Of a DNA stretch of 47,222 nucleotides, positions 40,570-47,222 are shown in pieces. Under the pieces are notes generated by a model, which saw only the letters and a list, made by a program, of their open reading frames with translations, did not search any database and was not told the DNA's origin. The stretch's first letter is position 1. The number at the start of each line of letters is the position of its first letter. This stretch comes from Draconibacterium orientale (GTDB lineage Bacteria > Bacteroidota > Bacteroidia > Bacteroidales > UBA1556), in the NCBI GenBank assembly GCA_022736595.1, contig DZDC01000001.1, positions 10,318-57,539 on the forward strand, read 5' to 3'. Both the position numbers and the translations under genes were made by a program.

Positions 40570-41058
40570 TTATTGATTAGATTTTAATTTAAATGTCCAT
40601 GTAAATTCAAATTCAGAAACCACTTGACCCTCATTGTTTTTTCCAATAGATTTTGCAGTAAATGTCTGACTTTCTTTGGATTCAATGGCGGCTTGAATGG
40701 TTTTGTCGAAGAGTATTCCATCATCACAGGTAAAAGTAATGTCGGAGGTAGCTTTTTTATAAAAGGAGGATTTCATAGTAAGTACAAGCATTGACACGTT
40801 TTGCGACTTTTTATAAATGGCATTCATAGCCAATAATCCAGTCGAAAGTTCGGCGGCTATGCTTTGAGACCCAAAATACATGCTTCGGAATGGATTTTTA
40901 TTAATATATCGAAACGGAATGCGCACCGTAGCCGATTGATGGCTGAAGGCAGTTACCCGCAATCCGCTTATAAAAGCCATAGGAAGGTGTTTTATTAAAA
41001 ATAATTTTAACTTCCAGTGCGATTTAGCCAGACCTTCTATGAAATTCTCCTTATTCAT
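40570..41058 (-). CDS. Small hotdog-fold / thioesterase-like protein (DUF4442-like), function unknown
   Basis: This 162-aa protein is wedged between fadE (2-nt gap) and fadD. The fold assignment rests on size, context and recalled family, and no catalytic motif was verified. Confidence 0.45.
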   Translation of the reverse strand: MNKENFIEGLAKSHWKLKLFLIKHLPMAFISGLRVTAFSHQSATVRIPFRYINKNPFRSMYFGSQSIAAELSTGLLAMNAIYKKSQNVSMLVLTMKSSFYKKATSDITFTCDDGILFDKTIQAAIESKESQTFTAKSIGKNNEGQVVSEFEFTWTFKLKSNQ

Positions 41059-41060
41059 GG

Positions 41061-42845
41061 TTAAAATTGATAGATATTTTGCTCAATAAGTTTGTCTGCA
41101 ACCATTCTGCGGATTTCCTTCACGTTTACATTGCTAATTTTAGTAAAACGTTTGATCCCCATCAGCATGGCTTGTTGCTCATCTTTTACAGCAAATGAGT
41201 TAATGGCATCGGTACCATATTTATTAATTTCAAAAGCTGAATCATAGATAAATACATCCAGCATGGCTTTTTGTAAACTTACTTGGGCTGCACCGTTCTT
41301 GCTCTCAAGTTTTTCAATTCTCAACATCATCGATTCAGCAGCATAGGTTTGAATGATCATATCTGCTACATTCAACATGATTTCTTGCTCTTCGGCAAAG
41401 GCTTGTGCAAATTTCTGAACTGCTGCCCCTGCAACCATCAAAATCGATTTTTTAAAGTTTAAAATAATTTTACGTTTAACTTCATAATAGTCGGTAGAGG
41501 GACTTCCAAATTCTGGAATTCCAATTAATTCTTTAGCCACAGCCATTGCAGAACGAATGAGGTCAATTTCACCTTTCATGGAACGTTTTAGGAGCTCCCC
41601 AACAATGACCATTCTATTAATTTCGTTGGTGCCTTCAAAAATTCGATTGATTCTGCTATCGCGGTAGGCTCTTTCAACTTGCGTTTCGGCTGAATAACCC
41701 ATTCCTCCATGTATTTGAACGGCTTCATCAACAACAAAATCAAGGGTTTCAGACCCAAAAATTTTAGCTATGGAAGCTTCAATAGCATATTGTCGCATGC
41801 CTTCAACGGTTGCTTTTCCCTTATCCATTCCTTGTTGAATGTATTCTTGAATGGCGTCCTCAATGTTCTGACTAGCTCTGTAGGTTAATGATTCAGAGGC
41901 GTATGTAAGGATAACCATTTCGGCTAATTTGGATTTTATGGCTGGAAAATTGGCTAATAATTTTCCAAATTGTTTGCGCTCGTTAGTATAATTTACGGCA
42001 AGGCCTATGGTGCCTTTGCTGGCTCCAATGGTAGCGCCACTGAGTTTTATACGACCAAGGTTTAGGATGTTTAGCGCAATTTTAAAACCGTCATTTCGAT
42101 CACCCAAAAGATTCTCCACTGGTACTTTTACGTTGTCTAAGTACATTTGAACAGTGGAACTGCCTTTAATACCCATTTTCTCTTCGTCAACTCCTGCGCG
42201 TACTCCTTCCCATGTTGATTCAACAATAAAGGCACTAAGATTTTTGTCTTTTTCAATTTTGGCAAAAACAATGAGCAAATCGGCTACACCGCCATTGGTA
42301 ATCCATATTTTAACACCATTCAAAATGTAATGGCTACCATCATCACTTAGTATTGCATTGGCTTTTCCTGAGTTTGCATCAGATCCTGCGTCAGCTTCGG
42401 TTAAGCAGTAAGAACCTATATATTCTCCAGTGGCTAATTTGGGCAAGTATTTTGACTTTTGAGCTTCGTTGCCGTAATATAAAATGGGCAAAGTTCCTAT
42501 TCCTGTATGAGCTGAGTAGGCTACTGCAAAACTGTATCCCTTTCCCATTTCTTCGGTAGTAAGCATACTTGTTACAAAATTTTGCCCAAAACCAGCATAT
42601 TCTTCGGGAACCGAAATCCCCAATAATCCTAATTCGCCAGCTTCTTTCATCAGTTTAGTTAATAGTGCACGATCATGTTTTTCTAACTGATTCATTTGCG
42701 GCACCACGACTGTTTCAGTAAAAGCACGGCAACTATCCGCCATTAGTTTTTGTTCTTCATTGAATTCTTCAGGAATAAATATATCTTCAGCTTTGCTTTC
42801 TTTGATAATAAATTCGCCTCCTTTTAAAGTTGTTTTTTGGTTCAT
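41061..42845 (-). CDS. fadE: Long acyl-CoA dehydrogenase (594 aa, B. subtilis FadE/YusJ type)
   Basis: ACAD motifs are present: CLTEADAGSDA, IWITNGG and RIFEGTNEINR. It also has a ~200-aa C-terminal extension typical of the ~590-aa FadE class. Confidence 0.88.
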   Translation of the reverse strand: MNQKTTLKGGEFIIKESKAEDIFIPEEFNEEQKLMADSCRAFTETVVVPQMNQLEKHDRALLTKLMKEAGELGLLGISVPEEYAGFGQNFVTSMLTTEEMGKGYSFAVAYSAHTGIGTLPILYYGNEAQKSKYLPKLATGEYIGSYCLTEADAGSDANSGKANAILSDDGSHYILNGVKIWITNGGVADLLIVFAKIEKDKNLSAFIVESTWEGVRAGVDEEKMGIKGSSTVQMYLDNVKVPVENLLGDRNDGFKIALNILNLGRIKLSGATIGASKGTIGLAVNYTNERKQFGKLLANFPAIKSKLAEMVILTYASESLTYRASQNIEDAIQEYIQQGMDKGKATVEGMRQYAIEASIAKIFGSETLDFVVDEAVQIHGGMGYSAETQVERAYRDSRINRIFEGTNEINRMVIVGELLKRSMKGEIDLIRSAMAVAKELIGIPEFGSPSTDYYEVKRKIILNFKKSILMVAGAAVQKFAQAFAEEQEIMLNVADMIIQTYAAESMMLRIEKLESKNGAAQVSLQKAMLDVFIYDSAFEINKYGTDAINSFAVKDEQQAMLMGIKRFTKISNVNVKEIRRMVADKLIEQNIYQF

Positions 42846-42872
42846 ATAGAGTGTTTTTAGTTGGTTTATGTT

Positions 42873-44045
42873 TTATAATACTTCAAAAATTCCTGCCGCA
42901 CCTTGTCCTGAGCCTATGCACATGGTTACCATTCCATATTTTTTGTTTCTACGTTTTAGCTCGTTGATAATCTGTACAGTAAGTTTAGCTCCTGTTGCTC
43001 CAAGGGGATGACCTAAAGCAATGGCTCCGCCATTAACATTTACTTTGGTTGGGTCTAAACCTAAAGTTTTAATTACAGCCAATGATTGACTGGCAAAAGC
43101 TTCGTTGAGTTCAAACAAGTCGATGTCTTCCAAAGTCATATTGGCGTGTTTGAGCACCTTTGGAATAGCTGCAATGGGGCCAACTCCCATCTTATAAGGT
43201 TCAACTCCTGAAACTTGATAGTCGATCAAGCGGGCAATGGGGGTGAGGTTATATTCTTTGAGGGCTTTTTCGGAAACTACCAAAACAAAAGCAGCCCCAT
43301 CTGACATCTGACTTGAATTGCCAGCGGTGGAATATCCATCAGCTGCAAAGGCAGGTTTTAACTTTGATAGATTGTCGAGGGTAGTACCACGTCTCGGGCC
43401 TTCATCTATTTTAAACTCCGTTTCACGGGTTTTCATTTTTCCATTTTCAACGTAGTTTTCTGTGATTTTTATGGGTACTATCTGACTTTCAAAATATCTC
43501 GCATCAATTGCATTAAGTGCTTTTTCAACACTTTTTACCGAAAATTCGTCTTGCTCCAGTCGGCCTATGTTGTATTCCTTAGCCACCATTTCTGAGGTGA
43601 GTCCCATGCTGAGGTACCATTTGGGATTGTTTTTAGCAATCTCAGGGTTAGGTGCTTGGCGCCATCCGCCCATTGAAATCATAGACATGCTCTCGGCACC
43701 ACCTGCGATAATCATATCAGCAATTCCAGCGGAAATTTTAGAAGAAGCAATGGCAATTGACTCTAAGCCTGATGAGCAATATCGGTTGATGGTGGAGCCA
43801 GGAACTTCTACATTATTCATGCTCATCAAAGAGAGCATACGTCCCATATTAAATCCACTTTCCGCTTCTGGAAAAGCATTTCCTACTACAATATCATCAA
43901 TCTTGGATTGGTCAATCTGTGGGAAATCTTTGATTAAATGCCGAATCACCTGCGCTGCAATCTCATCAGGGCGAACAAATCGGAAACTTCCTCTCGGAGC
44001 TTTGGCAATGGCTGATCGATAACCACCTACTATATATGCATTCAT
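42873..44045 (-). CDS. fadA: Acetyl-CoA C-acyltransferase (3-ketoacyl-CoA thiolase)
   Basis: It has the acyl-Cys site (NRYCSSGLESI), then NEAFASQ, GGAIALGHPLGATG and the C-terminal CIGSGQGAAG. Confidence 0.92.
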   Translation of the reverse strand: MNAYIVGGYRSAIAKAPRGSFRFVRPDEIAAQVIRHLIKDFPQIDQSKIDDIVVGNAFPEAESGFNMGRMLSLMSMNNVEVPGSTINRYCSSGLESIAIASSKISAGIADMIIAGGAESMSMISMGGWRQAPNPEIAKNNPKWYLSMGLTSEMVAKEYNIGRLEQDEFSVKSVEKALNAIDARYFESQIVPIKITENYVENGKMKTRETEFKIDEGPRRGTTLDNLSKLKPAFAADGYSTAGNSSQMSDGAAFVLVVSEKALKEYNLTPIARLIDYQVSGVEPYKMGVGPIAAIPKVLKHANMTLEDIDLFELNEAFASQSLAVIKTLGLDPTKVNVNGGAIALGHPLGATGAKLTVQIINELKRRNKKYGMVTMCIGSGQGAAGIFEVL

Positions 44046-44078
44046 TGTTGTTGAGTTTTTAGTGTTAATACAATTTTT

Positions 44079-46481
44079 TTAATTTCTAAGGATTTTTCCA
44101 CTGCTAATTAAGCTTTGAATCCGTTCTAATGTTTTACGTTGCATGGCCAATTCCAAAAACGCTTTTCGTTCTAAATCAAGTAGATATTGTTCAGAAACTT
44201 CAGTTAAAGGAATGGAAATAGGGCCGCCAGCCATTACGTAACCCAATTTTTCGGCAATCAATTTGTCGTGTTCCGACATATAGTTGGCAGTGGTAAAACC
44301 GTCAGCTCCAACATATACTAAGCCGAGAGCTTCGTTGCCTAAAATTTTAATATTGTTGCGTGGTGCAGGTTGGGTATAGCCTTTTTCTACCATACGCAAA
44401 GCTACTTTTTTGGCATAAGCTAAATGATGAGCGCGACTTACCACAACCTCATCAATGCCTGGTCGCAGATATCCTAAATCAAAAGCTTCATAAGCTGAGG
44501 TGGAAACTTTGGCTTGACCTATACTCAAATAACGTTTTAAGAAAGCATTGCTTCGGATGTCACCCTCTTTAAGTTCGTCGCTGAGGCGTAATGCGAACTC
44601 CTTGGTTCCTCCACCTCCAGGGATTAATCCAACTCCAAATTCAACCAAACCCATATACAATTCAGCATGGGCTACCACTTTGTCGCTGTGCATACAAAGT
44701 TCGCAACCACCTCCTAAGGCCATGCCATGGGGAGCTGCTATGACAGGGATTGATGAATAGCGCATGCGCATCATTGTTTTCTGAAACCATTGCACTGCCA
44801 TATCAAGCTCTTCATATTCTTGTTCGATGGCGAGCATATAAATCATTCCAACATTAGCACCTGCTGAGAAATGTTCTCCTTCATTGGAAACAATGAGGGC
44901 ATCATAATCGGCCTCAGCCATGTCTATTGCCTTATTTAAACCTTCCAAAACTCCCTGTCCAATAGTGTTCATTTTGGTGTGAAATTCAATATTAAGAACG
45001 CCATCTCCTAAATCAAATAAAGTAGTATCATCGTTTTGCCATATTACATGGCTAGTGCGAAGGGTTTCAAGTGAGAGTTTCTCTTTCTGTCCTGGAATTT
45101 CAATATAAGACTTGCTTTGAATATCGTAACAGTATTTTAAACCATCTTTGATTTGATAGAATGAATTAAACCCTGCTTCTACCATTTCTAACACCCAAGG
45201 TGCCGGGTTCTTTTTAGCTTCAATCATGGCATTTACCGTTTGCGATAAACCTACAGAATCCCATGTTTCAAATGGACCTAATTTCCAACCAAAACCAGCA
45301 TTCATGGCTTTGTCCACCTTGTACAAATCTTGGGTAATTTCGGGAATACGATTGCTTACAAATTGAAATAAACTATAAAATGAAGCACGATAAAATTCAC
45401 CAGCCTTTCCTTGATCTTCTATCAAGATGGGCATTCTTTTGCGTAAATCGTCTATGTCTTTGGTCTTTTCAAAAACACTGAATTTTACTTTTTCAGTTTC
45501 TTCATATTCCATGGTTTCCAAATTCAACGATTTAAAAACCTTCTTCCCTTCTATTTCTTCTTTCTTGAAAAATCCTTGTCTTGTTTTTGAGCCTAACCAC
45601 TTGTTATCCAGCATTTTAAGAAGATAATCTGGAATTGAAAATAGGGCGTTGGCTTCGTCACTGGTTTTCTCTTTAATGTTATTAGCCACATGCACTAAGG
45701 TATCAAGACCCACAATGTCTGCGGTACGGAAGGTGGCTGATTTAGCACGGCCAATCACAGGTCCAGTGAGCTTGTCAATTTCGGCAATGCTCAAACCTAA
45801 CTTCTTTACATTGTTAAATAATTCCATTATGGAATAAGTTCCGATTCTATTGGCAATAAAAGCAGGGGTATCTTTTGCTAAAACTGCAGTTTTCCCAAGA
45901 AATTTCTCAGCATATTCATCTAGGAATTCAATGATTTGAACATTAGTTTGTGAACTGGGGATTATCTCAAAAAGCTGAAGATATCGTGGGGGATTGAAAA
46001 AGTGAGTGCCACAGAAATGACGTTTAAAATCTTCGGAACGTCCCTCAATCATAGCTTCGATGGAGATGCCTGAGGTATTGGTGGTGATTAGAGTGCCGAG
46101 TCTGCGGTAACGATCCACTTTTTCCAAAACCTGCTGTTTAATGTCAAGCCGCTCAATAACCACTTCAATTACCCAATCGTAGTTTTGAATAAGCTGAAAA
46201 TCATCATCAAAATTTCCAGTTTTGATTCTATTAGCAAAATCGGCACTGTAAATTGGGGAGGGTTTTGATTTTAGCGTTGCCGTTAACGCCTCATTCACAA
46301 TTCGGTTTCGTACTTGTGGACTGTTCATAGTTAAGCCTTGCGACTCTTCCTGCTTGTTTAACTCACGTGGAACGATGTCTAATAACAAGACTTCTGCTCC
46401 AATATTGGCAAAATGACAAGCAATTCCTGAACCCATAACACCCGAACCTAGGATGGCTACTTTTCTAATTCTTCGCTTCAT
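44079..46481 (-). CDS. fadN: Bifunctional 3-hydroxyacyl-CoA dehydrogenase / enoyl-CoA hydratase with the dehydrogenase N-terminal (B. subtilis FadN-type order)
   Basis: The ATG at 46481 gives MKRRIRKVAILGSGVMGSGIA, a Rossmann motif. The C-terminal crotonase motifs are GEHFSAGANVGM, PHGMALGGGCELCMHSD and GLVEFGVGLIPGGGGTKE. The 23-codon extension to 46550 would overlap marR and is rejected. Confidence 0.9.
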   Translation of the reverse strand: MKRRIRKVAILGSGVMGSGIACHFANIGAEVLLLDIVPRELNKQEESQGLTMNSPQVRNRIVNEALTATLKSKPSPIYSADFANRIKTGNFDDDFQLIQNYDWVIEVVIERLDIKQQVLEKVDRYRRLGTLITTNTSGISIEAMIEGRSEDFKRHFCGTHFFNPPRYLQLFEIIPSSQTNVQIIEFLDEYAEKFLGKTAVLAKDTPAFIANRIGTYSIMELFNNVKKLGLSIAEIDKLTGPVIGRAKSATFRTADIVGLDTLVHVANNIKEKTSDEANALFSIPDYLLKMLDNKWLGSKTRQGFFKKEEIEGKKVFKSLNLETMEYEETEKVKFSVFEKTKDIDDLRKRMPILIEDQGKAGEFYRASFYSLFQFVSNRIPEITQDLYKVDKAMNAGFGWKLGPFETWDSVGLSQTVNAMIEAKKNPAPWVLEMVEAGFNSFYQIKDGLKYCYDIQSKSYIEIPGQKEKLSLETLRTSHVIWQNDDTTLFDLGDGVLNIEFHTKMNTIGQGVLEGLNKAIDMAEADYDALIVSNEGEHFSAGANVGMIYMLAIEQEYEELDMAVQWFQKTMMRMRYSSIPVIAAPHGMALGGGCELCMHSDKVVAHAELYMGLVEFGVGLIPGGGGTKEFALRLSDELKEGDIRSNAFLKRYLSIGQAKVSTSAYEAFDLGYLRPGIDEVVVSRAHHLAYAKKVALRMVEKGYTQPAPRNNIKILGNEALGLVYVGADGFTTANYMSEHDKLIAEKLGYVMAGGPISIPLTEVSEQYLLDLERKAFLELAMQRKTLERIQSLISSGKILRN

Positions 46482-46500
46482 TTGATTCTTTGTTTTAAAA

Positions 46501-46965
46501 TTATTGTTGATTTTTATTTTTACGTATTTGTTGATTTGTCGATAATTCAATATCTACCTGTTTGCGAATTGATTCAGATACCTTAATATATACGTTCATC
46601 TCCTCAATGCTAATTTCATCCATTACTTTCTGGTTGAACGCAATCACCATTTCTTTTATCCGTTTTCTTAATGCATTTCCTTTCTCGGTTAAATAGATTA
46701 ATGTGACTCGGCGGTCTTCTTGATTGGACTCCTTGTAAATCAATCCATTGGACTCCATAGATTTTAACAATCGAGTAAGGCTTGAACTTCCCATTCCCAT
46801 GATCGGAGCAATGCTTGTTGATGGAATTCCTTCTCGGGGAATGATAACTAATACATAACCTATTCCTTGAGTTATTTCATGCTCTTGAACTAATAAATTA
46901 TACATCCTCATCATCGAGAATAATGTTGCTCTGAGTTGAAAGTCGACAGTTTCTTTAATATTCAT
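46501..46965 (-). CDS. MarR-family transcriptional regulator, first gene of the fad operon
   Basis: It has a winged-HTH region (SSLTRLLKSMESNGLIYKESNQEDRRVTLIYLTEKG). It is 154 aa long, and its stop lies 19 nt upstream of the fadN-like start. Confidence 0.88.
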   Translation of the reverse strand: MNIKETVDFQLRATLFSMMRMYNLLVQEHEITQGIGYVLVIIPREGIPSTSIAPIMGMGSSSLTRLLKSMESNGLIYKESNQEDRRVTLIYLTEKGNALRKRIKEMVIAFNQKVMDEISIEEMNVYIKVSESIRKQVDIELSTNQQIRKNKNQQ

Positions 46966-46978
46966 GGATTAAAAATTA

Positions 46979-47000
46979 CTATGCATGCATTGCAAATATA
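46979..47000 (-). promoter_or_regulatory. Candidate marR/fad promoter: a -7 box TATATTTG abutting a 10-bp perfect palindrome ATGCATGCAT (candidate MarR operator)
   Basis: ATGCATGCAT (46981-46990) is self-complementary. The extended CTATGCATGCATTG has 12 of 14 positions symmetric. The plus-strand CAAATATA (46993-47000) reads TATATTTG on the minus strand, 28 nt upstream of the marR ATG. Confidence 0.45.
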
Positions 47001-47071
47001 AACTAAAATACTGCGTTTGTAAAGTGTTTTTTTAAAATATTTAGTGCTAATTGAATAACAGAGAGTGGATT

Positions 47072-47222
47072 ATGATGCAAGGCTATGTAAATAAAGGAAA
47101 TTTTAATTTTGGGTTTTTAGATTTTGCTGAATTTTTTGTTAAAATCCATACTAAAAATTACCTTTATTTGATTTTTTTACCTGCAATAATAAGTTCTGAT
47201 TGCGCAAAACTTAAGATAAAAA
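47072..47222 (+). CDS. Possible 5' end of a divergently transcribed ORF running off the window, function unknown
   Basis: The ATG at 47072 opens a frame that stays open to the window end (~50 codons: MMQGYVNKGNFNFGFLDFAEFFVKIHTKNYLYLIFLPAII...). There is no recognisable motif, and it could be non-coding. Confidence 0.2.
   Translation, partial: MMQGYVNKGNFNFGFLDFAEFFVKIHTKNYLYLIFLPAIISSDCAKLKIK

Noticed and set aside
43567-44022. A 151-aa plus-strand ORF inside fadA. The shorter antisense ORFs at 13438-13794, 17463-17777, 28651-29230 and 30932-31291 are of the same kind.
   Set aside because: All are nested antisense within genes that have strong family motifs. Their Ala/Pro/Ser-rich or Leu/Phe-rich translations are typical of reverse-frame artefacts.

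Overview
This is a low-GC chromosomal segment that looks Bacteroidota-derived. Two proteins end in type-A T9SS C-terminal sorting domains, TAnnTTTG-type -7 boxes sit upstream of several genes, and the aconitase is the ~750-aa mitochondrial type. I support about 29 CDS and found no rRNA, tRNA, CRISPR array, transposase, integrase or phage genes.

Gene content, left to right:
- A T9SS cargo block: a 5'-truncated M1 aminopeptidase with a CTD, an OmpA-family protein, and a giant ~3,340-aa T9SS-secreted mosaic protein at 3016-13038.
- A plus-strand metabolic supercluster: Crt-like enoyl-CoA hydratase, 3-hydroxyacyl-CoA dehydrogenase, thiolase-like protein, acnA, monomeric icd, FabK/NMO-like flavoenzyme, Bcd-like acyl-CoA dehydrogenase, etfB, etfA and a small TPR lipoprotein.
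- A minus-strand operon of sixA-like histidine phosphatase, ppk1 and short ppx.
- Envelope genes: a beta-barrel protein, mscS, and a 1,042-aa TPR lipoprotein paired with a 559-aa beta-barrel.
- gyrB.
- A minus-strand, Bacillus-type fatty-acid degradation operon: marR, fadN-like, fadA, fadE, hotdog protein and fadD.

Most of the window is housekeeping. The feature least explained by known families is the giant T9SS cargo gene. It contains two diverged copies of a ~3 kb supermodule. Each copy carries an unassigned ~170-aa domain, CARDB-like domains and a parallel beta-helix. These are followed by lamin-tail-like, GEVED-like and MAM/jelly-roll-like domains.

Secondary points of interest are the tight sixA-ppk1-ppx linkage, the TPR/beta-barrel pair (possible PorW/SprE-like), a strong terminator abutting the next start codon after icd, and a palindromic candidate operator at the marR promoter. 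All family assignments come from motif reading by eye. No database search was possible.
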